A stretch of 64,000 nucleotides of DNA. Origin: Eledone cirrhosa. Its lineage: Eukaryota. How positions within the stretch are numbered: the first letter of the stretch is position 1; each line of letters begins with the position of its first letter. A program made the translations under genes and the position numbers. The stretch is taken from positions 73,656,001-73,720,000 of the forward strand of contig OZ024741.1 of assembly GCA_964016885.1 (NCBI GenBank), given 5' to 3'. Under the pieces are notes generated by a model that was given only the letters and a program-made list of their open reading frames with translations, searched no databases and was not told the DNA's origin. Below, one piece after another: positions 43,584-57,333 of the stretch.

Positions 43584-44390
43584 CGTATGCTTATTACATT
43601 CGCTCCGTGAACATTCCAATATTTCAATAAAATTAGCCCTTACCATTTTGGGTTCTAGCACGTCAGTTATAGAAATATGAGAGACACCAATGCAAACGTT
43701 TGGCGTATTTCCTGTTTTATATTTCTTGAAAAAATGTTTAGGAAATTTTGCTATGGAAAACAAAAACAAAAACAAATTAAATAAAATAACTATATATCAA
43801 AAATTAAAAAAATCATAAAAAGATTCCACAGAAAAAAAAAGAATATTCATTCTTAAAGATAATTCGAAGAAATTACCATAACCAGTTATTTTAGCAAACG
43901 TTCAGGAAGTGTTTTTCTTCTGATTTCTGTTGTCTCCATTGTTGTTGCAGTTCTCATACGTGAACATGACATGATACCATGTTGCTGTCATATATTATGA
44001 TATTATGTTTCGTCTGTGTCACTAACTAGTTCTTCTTTGCTGCAATGTTGTTCTAGTAATAGTTTCCGTTGTTGCTTTAGTTTCTGTTGTTGTTATCGGA
44101 ACGAAATCCCATGTGGTGTATTTTGTTATAAATATTTTAAGTGCCAGGAATATCTTTTTATAAAACAAAAGAATCACGAGAATCAACTCACTCTATAGCT
44201 GTTATAAACGCATTCTATCTTTGTTGTCACTCTCGCTTACTCCTGACTCTTTCTTTACACACACACACACACATACACACATACATATATATATATAGAA
44301 AGAGAGAGAGAGACACACATTAAGATGGAGTTTGTTAATATCTATCAATGTATGTATATATGCATGTAGCTGTTTCGTTTTATATATATA

Positions 44391-44840
44391 TAGTCAAAAA
44401 TTGAACGGGAACAAAACAGAGAGGCAGTACGAACAAAGGTTTATTAGTTTCACGCTCTTGAGAGTGGGGTGGTGATATATATATATAAAGAGAGAGAGAT
44501 AACGACCAGAGTCAGAAACAATGATCGACGTCGACTGATACCCACCCTAGCTGCTGCTCTAATTCTATTTTCCGGCCGACAGCTCTATATGCAAGTGAGG
44601 TTGATCAGCCCGTGTACATAGGTGTCAAAACTATGTTTTTGCCTATATTGAGATCCACCAGCGAGCAGGTTAAGGGAGCACTGACGTGATAACGACCGGA
44701 GTCAAAAACGATGATTGTCGTCGACAGTTAGCCACCCTTGCTTCTGCTGGAATCCGCCAGATGGCGCTACGTCATCAGTTTCCAAAATTCATAGCTAGAG
44801 GCTTTCAAATGTTTATTCATAAACATACTGTATATTGCTA
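44391..44840 (-). mobile_element. Solo-LTR-like element in (TA)n
   Basis: About 450 bp. On the minus strand: TAGCGCCATCTGGCGG, an internal duplication, a TATA-like stretch and AATAAA about 45 nt before the end. The 3' part recurs at 53222-53303. Confidence 0.4.
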
Positions 44841-45728
44841 TATATATATATATATATATGACAAATTCAATAATAAAACATGAAATACTCGATCCTCTCC
44901 CCCACCTTAAAAAACGAGATCAAAGTCTATTAAAAACAAAAACAGCCCCTCTCATTCTTCATCATTGTAGTATTTTCTAAGTCATTCTGTAAACGTGAAA
45001 ATGTTAACTTAATTCTACTACATAGATAATTTTAGTCTATGCTACTTCGATTGGCTTTGGTTTTCTTTGTTCTGCTTCGTCTTTGATATATCTTGCCCAC
45101 TTAAATTCTATGATGTACCAGAATAATAGCAAACGAATACCACAAGTCCAAACCAACTAAAGCCTACCACATAAATGCATCTACTCAGCCACAAAACACA
45201 ACTTTTAACACAATAAACCAACGTCTATCACAAGTAAATCCACCACTAAATAGTTTATGTTTAATCAACAAAACCAAGAAATGAATCCAAACTAAATTTA
45301 AACATCTCATAGAAAGGAAATATAAACCAACCCACTAAACTGGTACTAAGAGGACAAACCTCATCAAGTCACTATCGTCCCTAATACCCGGTTTCCATCA
45401 AATGTTTTGGCTACCAGATGAAGTAGCACTAAATACTCTGCAGAGCACTTAATATTAAGACTACCAGACAATAGACAGCCATCATATGCAATAGCTGTCG
45501 TCCATGCATCCTAAAATCCACACACAACCAAAAACATTAAATAAAACCTTAAATATTCACTCCATAAACCTAGTAAAACAAACATAATTCAGAATAAATC
45601 ATTAAACTCAGAACCAGCAATAAAATAAATTTAACCAAACCAACGTTAGAATTCAAATGCACTGTTCAATATATGGTAAATTCACAACTCAAACCAAGAA
45701 TTTAGAAATAGACTAAATAAATTAGAAT

Positions 45729-46425
45729 CGTAAAGTCTCACAGTTTGTAAATATATCGCTTACTGCCAGATAGTATGAGGTCAGGCCGTTAAAGTGACCC
45801 ACACATAAACTGGCCGTTAGTAAAAGCGGGAATATTATAGACGTGTTGTTTGCCACGCCACTAAAAATAGCAGCAAGGTACAACGTTTTTTTCTCTACAC
45901 ACAGGGAGAATATACATAAAATGAGATTAATATCCCCACAGGTACTAAGTACCTACGGAAATATATAGGGTGTCTATAATACATTTGTTGTTCAATGGTA
46001 CTAATTTGAGATATCAGAACTATAAAATTGAGATGAGCGGAACAAGCAAACATTCTTTTAAATAAATTAAAATACGATTTAAATATTCACCTGTCCAAAA
46101 TGCTATTACCGACGGTTTCGCTTCACAAAAAATTGGAAATCCAGAGAATTTCCACCTGTGGGGATATTAATCTCATTTTATGTATATTCTCCCATGTGTA
46201 GAGAAAAAAACGTTGTACCTTGCGGATATTTTTAGTGGGGTGGCAAACAACACCTCTATAATATTCCCGCTTTTACTAACGGCCAGTTTATGTGTGGGTC
46301 ACTTTAACGGCCTGACCTCATGCTATCTGGCAGTAAGCGATATATTTACAAACTGTGAGACTTTACGTCCTATAGAATGGAAATAGCTATCTGAAGAGGT
46401 GATCTTTCCGTTGGAAATTCTCTGG

Positions 46426-46429
<4 letters not shown>
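45729..46429. mobile_element. Fold-back element with a hammerhead split across strands
   Basis: Arms 45729-45943 / 46154-46367; CTGAAGA at 46391 (+); GAAACCGTC on the minus strand at 46119-46111. Confidence 0.65.
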
Positions 46430-46457
<28 letters not shown>

Positions 46458-46460
<3 letters not shown>

Positions 46461-46892
46461 CAAAAGGGATATTCAATATGTTGGTAATTCAACAAATATA
46501 AATGTTTATAACTGATTCAGAGAACTCGACGAGTTTTCTGGAGTATAATATTCAATGATATTTAATAAATGGAAACTATATTTATAAAACCATATTTATT
46601 CTATTATATATATTTCAAGGGTACCAAAACTTTGGTACGCTTTCATCAAATAAAATACAAAGTTTGTTTTATAAATGTTGACATAACCAAGAAAAGATAC
46701 TTTACCGGTCCAAGTTTTTCTTGGATAGTGAAAAACTTGAACCGGTAACGTATCTTTTCTTGGTTATGTCAACATTTATAAAACAAACTTTGTATTTTAT
46801 CTGATGAAAGCGTACCAAAGTTTTGATACCCTTGAAAAATATATAATAGAATAAATATTGTTTTATAAAAATTGTTTCCATTTATTAAATAT

Positions 46893-46897
<5 letters not shown>
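46458..46897 (-). mobile_element. Family E fold-back insert
   Basis: Tail 46458-46552; ~165-bp arms 46553-46718 / 46732-46897. Confidence 0.85.
46793..46853 (+). ncRNA. Type I hammerhead (mirror copy at 46597-46657, minus)
   Basis: Consensus of both arms: TATTTTAT-CTGATGA-AAGCGTACCAAA.GT.TTTGGTACCCTT-GAAA-TATAT-ATA-ATAGAATA. Confidence 0.75.
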
Positions 46898-46930
<33 letters not shown>

Positions 46931-47287
46931 TCAATTAGATCCCTAGAGATTTTTGTACAAGTTGAAAACATCTTATGTATACATATGTATAAATCTATAT
47001 ATACACATGTACATGCATACATATACACGCACTCCCACGAGTGTAAAACACCAAAGGTCATTACTGAAAGTCTCTGGATTTCGCAAAATACATAATATTT
47101 TTTATTGGAGAAGGTAAAAAAAATTTGATTGCACTGTTTTGTTTCCACTTGTGTATTTTTTTTAAATGTTATTTATTCACTACAAAAATTAAATGATAGC
47201 ATTCTATATGTAGGTGGGCCCCCTTCATCTCCTGGCAACCAATATTTTTAGACCCAGTCCGCCAATGTATATATATATATATAAATG

Positions 47288-47412
47288 AAACTTTGCTTTT
47301 CATCCTTCAGGGATCGATAAAATAAAGTTACAGTTATGTGCTGGGGTCGATGTAATCGACCTTTCCCTCCCCACAAATTTTTGGCCTTCTGCTTAAATCA
47401 GAAACCATTATT
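47288..47412 (+). mobile_element. SINE 3' fragment
   Basis: SINE core and 3' end. Confidence 0.75.
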
Positions 47413-48099
47413 TTTTCAAATATATTTTACGGATTTGTGTTTTCCCTTTCAATTTTCTAAAATTTCCTTAGAATATTATTCTCTATAACTTGCATACATA
47501 CGCATGCACTCACACACTGACACACACATGCAGATACTAATACACACAATAGCACACGTGCATCGTAATTCACTGTACGTAATTCACGCACAAATGCGCT
47601 AACACTAACATTCACACTGTTACATACATACACTCACTGTTCAAAGACGCACATATTGTTACACAACGAATTGGCGTACAAAACACAATCACACGCGCAT
47701 TAACATACACTCTGTTATACACACACATACATACACACACTGTTACAGAAACGTAAACACACTGTCACACACACACTCAGTTGATGCAATATTGATACAC
47801 AACATACACATACAGAAACAGACATATAATCACATATACATCAAAGCTTATATTACAACACCAAACTAGGTTTCGAGTAGTTTTCTATATTCATAATTGA
47901 TTCAACTGAGAAAAATCTGAAATTGATGGTGAAACTCTAAACCGATATTCAATGAAATATAAATGTTTCAGGATTCGAAACATTATTTTCTTTGGTTTGC
48001 AGGTGAATCTTTGAATTTCTTATTTTATATTTCTTTCAGTTTGATATCTTTAATACCTGAGATTCACGTCTTTTTTATATATTTTTTTTAAATAATAAT

Positions 48100-48560
48100 A
48101 ATTGTTTCTACTGTTGGCACAAGGCCAGCAATTATCCTAGTGTGCTTTATTTTATCGAAATAATAATAATAATAATAACGGTTTTTGATTTAGGTACAAG
48201 GGCATCAATTTGGGGGGGGGGAGTCGATTAAATCGACCCCAGTGCGTGACTGGTACTTTATTTTAGCCAAGCTCGGCCGGATTTGAACTCAGAACATAAA
48301 GGGCCATGACTATGCTGCAAAGCATGGTGTCTGATGCTCCACTGATACTACCAATCCACCGCCGTAATGGTAATAATGATTTCTACTATAGGCACAAAGC
48401 CAGAATTTTGGGGAAGAGGAAAGTCGATTAAATCGACCCCAGTGCATTACTGGTACTTTATTTTATCGACCTCGTAAGGATGAATGGCAAAAATTACCTC
48501 GGCGGGATTTTAATTCAGAACGTAAACGGGCGTAACTCTAATCCACAATAATATCAGTAA
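48100..48560 (-). mobile_element. Head-to-tail cluster of three SINEs in (AAT)n
   Basis: Copies at about 48100-48157, 48180-48365 and 48378-48560, separated by AAT runs. Confidence 0.8.
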
Positions 48561-49219
48561 TAATAATGGTTTCTTTATCAGCGACACAGGGTTCACATTA
48601 AGAAAACATTAAATACTGTTCAGGTCGGTACAAAACGATACAGTGCTCGTTTTTACGTGTAAAAGAATTATAACGAAAACAAAGAAACATAAAAAATTTC
48701 AAATAAAAACAAAATCTACATTAGGGGAAAACTTCCGAGGATCACTCCCAGTTGTCTTCCTCCAATCTATAGGGGCATACTCAGAGCAGGGTCATTCACT
48801 CGGACCATTTTTGTCTGTCTCATCCTTGTACTGATTTTCGTAATAAACAACAACAAAGAAATGTGCCGTTGGCTAAGAGATAGGTAGATCTGGGTGAATG
48901 TCTAGAACCAGCATTGGGCTTCTAACGGCCCGCATGGTAATATCAAAATCTTAGAAAAATAGGATAAAATAATCAACTGTGTACAGTACCTTAGTGGAGC
49001 ACACATTTTAGTAGAGACAAAAAAAAAGGTATAACAAGGGAGCAGTTTAAATCAGGTTATGTTTTTACCTCGTGTGAGGAGAGAGAATAGAGTTTGTTCT
49101 GCTGTTCGTAATAAACAACAAAAAAATGCACACTAAACTAAAGCCGCCTTAACTGGAATACAACCCACATGAGACGAACATCGTATCAGCATTGAATGCT
49201 TCGAACGGCATACCACCTG

Positions 49220-49257
<38 letters not shown>

Positions 49258-49404
49258 AAAATTAGAATTGGTGCTCTGAAATAGCGATATATATATGAAT
49301 GTATATATAGTGTATTTTGCAATACACTGTATGCTTAATTAAAACAATAGCGTAAGGTCTTCGAAATGCTTTTAATTAAACATACAGTGTATTGCAAAAT
49401 ACAC

Positions 49405-49444
<40 letters not shown>

Positions 49445-49447
<3 letters not shown>

Positions 49448-49665
49448 ATGATTTCTACTATAGGCACAAGGCCAGAAATTTTGGGGGAGTGGAAAGTCGA
49501 TTAAATCGACCCCAGTGCATTACTGGTACTTTATTTTATCGACCCGGTAAGGGTGAATGGCAAAGCTAACCTCGGCGGGATTTCAATTCAGAACGTAAAG
49601 GGGCGTAACTCTATGCCGCGAAGCAGAGTGTCCGACGCTCTACTGATACTACTAATCCACAATAA
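49445..49665 (-). mobile_element. SINE
   Basis: Full core; near-duplicate of 48372-48580 including flank. Confidence 0.85.
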
Positions 49666-49714
49666 TATCAGTAATAATAATGGGTTTCTTTATCATATAT
49701 ATATATATATATAA

Positions 49715-50452
49715 AGGAAAATTAGCAAAGAGAAGAAAACGAACGAAAACAAAAACAAATCAAAACGAAATAAATTTTTTAAGAGGAGACCTTCAAGATT
49801 AAAAAAGAGATAAAATTACAAACGAAAGACACAGAACTCCAAAGTCTTCAGCCATCGAGATGAACTTCTGGCAGTTTCGACCCCTGCCGAAGGTACTGCT
49901 AGTCCACCCGGAGACACAAGCCAAAGCGCTGTCCCTGGAGTAAAAGTCAAGACAAAACAATAACTTATATTAATTAAGCCATAACAGGTACACAGAGAAT
50001 TTTATGTGACGACTAGGAGAAGGTATTGTGCTTTTATAGCAACGGAAATTTCGTTAGACTGAAAAGAAGGAAGGAAATAAAGAAAGAAATAGGAAGGGGG
50101 GAAAATGCAAGAAAAAAGAAAGAAAATTATCGTGTTAAAAATGTAAACCATTGAAATTAGTTGGGGTAGAAGAGAGAACACGTTCGCCACAGATTAGTAA
50201 TAATAAACTTAGGAAAATTAACAAAGAGAAGACAACGAACGAAAACAAGGCAAAACGAAATAATAATTTTTGATGGGGAAACGTTAATTTTTGTTCTAAC
50301 TATAAATACAACAAAAGACATAGAGTTCAAGATGGAGTTCTGGCAGTTTCTACCCTTACTGACGGTTCTATTGGTTTAACCTGGGTCACATCTTCTGGTA
50401 CAAGCCAAAACGCTGTCCGTGGAGTAAAGGACACAACAAAGCAATAATTTAT
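49715..50452. repeat. Diverged partial tandem duplication, ~496-bp period
   Basis: AGGAAAATTA.CAAAGAGAAGA at 49715 and 50211; TTCTGGCAGTTTC and ACAAGCCAAA.CGCTGTCC.TGGAGTAAA in both copies. Confidence 0.7.
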
Positions 50453-50499
50453 AGCAATGACTTCGAAGTTTCAGCTTCACATACACACAAATATCCACA

Positions 50500-50803
50500 C
50501 AATTCCCGATCGCACGTTCGTGAGTTCGATTCCTGTTGTGAGCGGTGCATTGAGTTCTATAAAAATATATTTATTTCAGGTTTCTCCATGACACTCAACT
50601 GGCAAAAGTGAGTTATACCTCTAATTCTAAATGCTAGCATTTACCACACACTGTATAACGTTGAATCTCTCTGAGAAATCCGTTAAAGGTGTGCGTGTCT
50701 GTGGAATGCTCGGCCACTTACAGATTAATTTCACAAGCAAGCAATCCATTTGATTGAATCAACTGGAACATACATTGTCGGAAGCGACGGAGATCCAACA
50801 GCA
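50500..50803 (+). mobile_element. Second tRNA-derived SINE family
   Basis: B-box-like GAGTTCGATTCC followed by an ~270-nt body that I recall as a common cephalopod SINE (unverified). Confidence 0.6.
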
Positions 50804-51070
50804 TATATATATAGATGTATGCATATATACACATTTTATTTATGTATTCTTCAAGGTGACGTATGAAACTGATTAACAATGTCAGGCTTGTCCCTGTCAG
50901 CGGATAATTCAGTGTGCATGACCTAGTGAACATTTATGAGCGAGTGTGTATATGTCGCCTTTCAAATCATGTGCTTATACAAATACAAGACTTCACATGC
51001 ACGCACACACAGGCACAAACATGCACTCAGACATATATTGTATATACATCTAGACATACATACACACACA

Positions 51071-51127
<57 letters not shown>

Positions 51128-51381
51128 TATATATATATACATACACATATATTCGTATGTATGTATGCATGAATGTATATCTATACTTGATGAAGATATA
51201 CTCTATTCTTCACATTTATGTAAGTATTTGCGTTTATATGCGTAGGCATATGATATACATACGTTCACACACATATCCACAGAAGTATAGATACACACAC
51301 ACGCACACATATGCATACATAAGAAAGCATTATGCTTTCTTTATAATTATATATATATATATATGTGTGTATATTTATATA

Positions 51382-51457
<76 letters not shown>

Positions 51458-52033
51458 ATATATGTATGTATGTGTGTGTCTTTATATATATATACATATC
51501 TTTGAGTATGTAAGCAACTGTATGCACACACACACACATATACACACACACACATATACACACACACACGCGCGCGCACATTTATATCCACAATGAGACT
51601 CGGACGCAAGCACACACAAATAGACATACACATGTGCAGGTTTGATTATATGCGCTGATTAAGCTATGGAGATTTTTAGCCTCTTTAATGTAAGTTTCAG
51701 CAACGATCTCTAAGACGTTCGCCTACAAGCAAAGAATTATAAAGTATTTGATAGGGAATGAAAGTAATCGAATGTAGCATGCACATTAGAAGATTCTGGA
51801 ATCAAATTCTTTTATCTTTTAACGTATAATTAAATTCATCGTTTGGCGGCCATATGCATTTTGGGATTGAGGCTTCTCTTCGACTTTCAGCTTCCAATTC
51901 ATTCATGTACCTAAGGGTACATGTAGATATATATATATATGTGTGTGTTTCTGTGGTAGGGTGGGTGTAGGTGAATTTGTGTGTTTATGCGTATATATCT
52001 ATGTATGTATGTGTATGTATATATATATGAATG

Positions 52034-52080
<47 letters not shown>

Positions 52081-52701
52081 TTATGTATATATATATGTGT
52101 GTGGATGGATGTTCATCGAAATACTTTACAGATTTATACTTCCTGTAATGATATAACAGAACATAACGCATCATATATCATTGCGTTTCATGATATATCT
52201 ACATACATATTTAAATATGTACATAGACACCTACACAAATACATGCATGCATACACACACACACATACACGCTTATACACGCATTTACATGTGTACATGC
52301 ATACATAATACATACATACATACATACATACACACACGCTTACATACGTATAAATGCATATACTTTCACTTACACAAATGTATATATGTGTGTGTGTGTA
52401 TATATGTATCTATCAATCTATATCTATACTTGCATGTGTTACTTGTATTTAGCCATATACTGGATCATATATCATACAAACATGTATATATATATATATA
52501 TAAGGTATAGCCCCATATATCCATCTATACCTTATATCTATACCTACTCTGCAACTAAATATGTATTGAATGCTGATTTGAGGTCTTCTCCATCATCATA
52601 TATACATATACACACTTACATAAATATATTTATATATATACGTACATTCTTAAAGACATTACAAACTGCAGATAGCTTTCTTCTGCAATATATTTTCTCA
52701 G

Positions 52702-52869
52702 CGTCTCTGAGGATACAAACGAGATGTAAAATTATGTGTTAACGTAGATTATTAGGTTTTATGCTTGTACCTTAGTATATGGATTTACTCCTATGTACTA
52801 TAATGCAGCTTAATAAAATTCCATGTACCATATTCTTTGCGTTTCGTTGGCGGAAACACGTGTAAGACG
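52702..52869 (+). ncRNA. Type I hammerhead with ~139-nt helix II region
   Basis: CGTCT-CTGAGGA-TACA.AACGAGATGTAAA...TTTGCGTTTCGTT.GGCG-GAAA-CACGT-GTA-AGACG: perfect 5-bp helix I, 13-bp duplex in helix II, palindrome ACACGTGT. Confidence 0.7.
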
Positions 52870-53324
52870 AATAAAAATGTTAAATTTCTTCAGAATTCCT
52901 TGATTTATTATATATATATACATAATATAATATAATGTAATATAATGTAATATAATACAATATATATGATACAATATATATATATACTGGAAAATGTGTG
53001 AGATCCTTGGTACAGTTAGGTATATTTGAAAAAAAGGAAAAGAATGACTTCACTTGTAGTGCTAAATAATTTCATTTAATTTTATAACTAGATCTACCAA
53101 CTCATAATATTATAATATAAAATTAAATAAAAGTATTTAGCATTACAAGTGAAGTCATTCTTTTCCTCATTTTCAAATATATTTATATATATATATGCCC
53201 GAAAAGCCCCCCCCCCCCCCCCACCCCCACTCTCAAGAGCGTGAACCTAATAAACTTTTATTTGTCTGCCTCTCTGTTTTCGTTCCCGTCCAATTTTGCA
53301 CTATATATATATACACATATATAT

Positions 53325-53524
53325 AACAAAGAGGGTTTGGTAAGATACCAGATGGACCATAACGCACCAGCGTACTCAATACTTAGAGTAGTAGAGTGGG
53401 TAATAAAAATAGAGTCGGGACCCCAACGGCTGAACTCCGGCCGTTTCGACAGCTGGATCCGAGTTCGGATCTAGCTGTCGAAACGGCCGTAGCTCAGCCG
53501 TCGGGGTCCTGGCTCTTTTCCGAT
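53325..53524 (-). mobile_element. Family A fold-back insert
   Basis: Tail on the left; palindrome centred near 53462. Confidence 0.8.
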
Positions 53525-53534
53525 ACACACACAC

Positions 53535-53665
<131 letters not shown>

Positions 53666-53813
53666 AATGTATATCTTGAGTTAGAAACTCAAGATAGTTT
53701 CTTACAACAAAATAGCTCTAAGAAAGAGATATTCTGAGCCGTATATTATAATAGAATATAAAAGAAAAACAAACACAGATATATACATATATGTATATAT
53801 CTGTGTTTGTTTT

Positions 53814-53867
<54 letters not shown>

Positions 53868-54229
53868 CAAATAGTGAAATCAATGAAATTAAACAAAATA
53901 CGGGTAATTCATAGTAAAACTCATTATTTTACGATCGTTTCCGGGGGGGGAGGAGTTTTCCGTATGTTCATTTTATTAGTGATCTATTAAAATATATTAC
54001 AAATTATAAAAGTAAGAAAATATACATTCTTCTTCCCTACCCGCCGTCTTCAGAAAAAATTATTTCTACTTTTGGCACAAGGCCAGCAATTATCAGTACA
54101 TTATTTGTACTTTATTTTATCGACCCCGTAAGGATGAAAGGCAAAGTTAACCTCGGCGGGATTTGAACTTAAACCGTAAAGGGACGTAACTATGTTGGAA
54201 AGCATGGCGTCTGACTCTCTACCGATAAT

Positions 54230-54398
54230 TTTAAGAAAAGAAAAGAAAGTTGCGAGTGTATAGGAATTTAGACAGATTGTATAGAAAAGTGTGGACGGTC
54301 AAGGAAGATTAAACTTTAATCTTCCTTGACCGTCCACACTTTTCTATACAATCTGTCTAAATTCCTATACACTCGCAACTTTCTTTTCTTTTCTTAAA
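54230..54398. repeat. Perfect palindrome, 84-bp arms, 1-nt loop
   Basis: Centre at C54314. Confidence 0.95.
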
Positions 54399-54560
54399 GG
54401 TCATTCGATACCTCATCCCCTGACTGCTAATTTATTCATCTACTACTACCAGCTTAATGATCTATATTGTCCCTTCCTATTTTTACTATTGGTCAATCTC
54501 AAACTTGTTCTTAAAAAGTTATTTATTCATACATGTTTTTATATTCCTCAATAAACAAAA

Positions 54561-54689
54561 CTCATTATTTCTGAAGAGAAGATGCATGTACATTTTCTTA
54601 CTTTGATAATTTGTAATATAGTTTACATAAATCCCTAATAGAATGAACATACGGAGAACTACCCCCAGAAACGATCGTAAAATAATGAG
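54561..54689 (+). ncRNA. Type I hammerhead with ~90-nt helix II region (mirror copy 53920-54060, minus)
   Basis: CTCATTATTT-CTGAAGA-...-GAAA-CGATC-GTA-AAATAATGAG: 10-bp perfect helix I, palindrome ACGATCGT. Confidence 0.8.
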
Positions 54690-54888
54690 CTTTACTATGA
54701 ATTACCCGTATTTTGTTTAATTTCATTGTTTTCAATATTTGTATTATTTTGACTCTGCTTCCAAAGAATTATATCGTTGAAATTTTGTATTTTAAACTTT
54801 GCTTCACGACATCTTCTACATACGGATTACATTGAGTTCTTCATACGGCGTGGACCCTACCATTAATTGGACGATTTATCTGTGTATA

Positions 54889-55005
<117 letters not shown>

Positions 55006-55012
55006 ATATATG

Positions 55013-55079
<67 letters not shown>

Positions 55080-55085
55080 ATAAAT

Positions 55086-55701
55086 ATAAATTCAGCGAGA
55101 ATCGTATTTCGGCTGGTAGAAAAAGCGAAACGAAACGCAAAATCGTAGAAATGCTGGCAAGCGCTCCAATAGTTAAGAAAACTAGAGCTAAACAATATGT
55201 TAAAACGCCATACAAACTGAAAAAGTGGTCAAGAAGGCATTAACCACGGAAGCCAAAAAAACAAATCAAGCTAAACAAGTCAAACAAAATAAATGATAAA
55301 AACAGACCTGGACCCAAATGGAATTGATGGTAAAATCCAAATGCAGGGTTTCTATGACACTTAAATCAATAATACTGTCTGCTTAAAACTATAAGCTTTC
55401 AGAATAAAGTTCGAACAAGGAATATCACGTTATCAACAGGTATTTTGCTCTGTAACCAACTTTGTGAGTGACGGAGAACTTTGTAAAAGCACATGTGTAA
55501 CTCACAAGGGGAAATTCCCCAGATTTTGGCAAATGAATTCAGTATGTGTAAATCATACAAAGAATTGCATGGATAGCACAAATCGAATAAGCACTCAACC
55601 TGGTAGTTTTTAAAATAAACTTATGCAATTAATCTGTCAATAGAATTATTAACAGGTTAATTGTAAGACTCGGGAGATTAATACAAACATAAATTCAGCG
55701 A
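55086..55701. mobile_element. Terminally redundant non-coding element, 603-bp unit
   Basis: ATAAATTCAGCGA at 55086 and 55689; colinear conserved blocks with 17611-18291. Confidence 0.75.
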
Positions 55702-56458
55702 AGAAATACTGATGATAGTCAGAAGATCACTAAAAATAGAGCAAGAAACCAGGATTATCCGTCATCAGTGATCTTCTGACTATCATCAGTATTTCTTCGC
55801 ATTAAAGACCAGATACCTCAAGTCAGTGCGAGCAATAACTAAAATAAGTTATTGGGATAAAAAGAATTGGGTGGAGAAAGAGAGACATGTAAACAAACAA
55901 AAATGATATAGCAACGTAATATATGCATGTATATATATATATATATATGTAATAATAATAAAATTGAAGACTAAAATCCAAAGAGGGCTCGATAAGGAAA
56001 ATATATATCAAATATATAAGAACCGTAGAGCAAATATTTATTAAAATAACAGATTAAAGTTTAAGCAAAGAATCGCTGCTTTCACCCTTAACGGGATCTT
56101 CTGAAACTAACAAAGTCAATCTGTAAACGCAGAACTGGATATTTCAAAAAACGTTGCAACCGGAGGAAGACAGGAAGACGATACTTTGGTTCGTGGTAAC
56201 GTTCGCTGGCAAAGAACGGGAAAAAACGAATAATACGTCTATAATAGGAGCGGTGAAAAACAATTACGCGCAAAGACAGAACCACGTTTATGGTATAAAA
56301 GAGGTCGTAGACTAATGTTCTCTTAGGTGGTGCATAGAGACGTTCTCTGTCAATGAACGAAAAAGCGAAGATAATAAGTCATATGTGGAGCGTGAAGAAC
56401 AATAGCACGCAAAGACAAAACCACGTAAATGGTATAGCAGAAATCGTAGACTAAAATT

Positions 56459-56901
56459 CTAACTAGGAGACCAAATGAATCTCCGCTACAGAGTTAAGGA
56501 CAAAGTAAATAAATACAATACAGAAGTAATAGAAACAAATAAATACATACACGCAAACAGATACGTACATACACAAGCATACGCAAAACCTTACCATGGG
56601 TATACAAAACCACGCACATATAAATATGTGTGTGTGTGTATGCTTGTGTACAAATAAATAAATAATTATATAAACGTATATAAGTAAATAAATACGTATA
56701 TAACAAGCGCACACGCATACCTACATATAAATACACGAATGTTCGGAGACGTAAGTCAACTAAAACAAGAAGTACACATATACACACACCCACCATACGT
56801 ACGAACCTGCACACTCACGCGGACGCAAAACTCCCGTATACACATAGCCAAACCCTAAATACCAAAATATGTAGCGGAGATTCATTTGGTCTCCTAGTTA
56901 G
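56459..56901. mobile_element. Segment bounded by perfect 32-bp inverted repeats (MITE or fold-back arm)
   Basis: CTAACTAGGAGACCAAATGAATCTCCGCTACA / TGTAGCGGAGATTCATTTGGTCTCCTAGTTAG; no clear TSD. Confidence 0.55.
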
Positions 56902-57006
56902 TATATAATATTTGGGAAACCGTATATACTTTCATATGTTTTATATATATGTACAAAATAATATATGTTTTTCTAATGATATGTGGTTTTAAACATACAC
57001 ACACAC

Positions 57007-57333
<327 letters not shown>

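Larger units (their letters stand above)
53863..54886 (+). mobile_element. Fold-back hammerhead element with nested SINE (54060-54225, minus) and internal perfect palindrome
   Basis: Arms at about 53863-54060 / 54561-54746; tail to 54886. Confidence 0.75.

Noticed and set aside
44880-45728. Possible decayed PLE ORF (A/C-rich strand bias)
   Set aside because: I could not recover convincing protein motifs by eye.
49840-49885. GAAAC and CTGAAGA on the minus strand
   Set aside because: No NUH triplet or consistent helices, and not conserved in the second unit.
55699-55800. CTGATGA motifs inside a 33-bp inverted repeat
   Set aside because: No correctly placed GAAA or cleavage triplet; at most a truncated 5' half.
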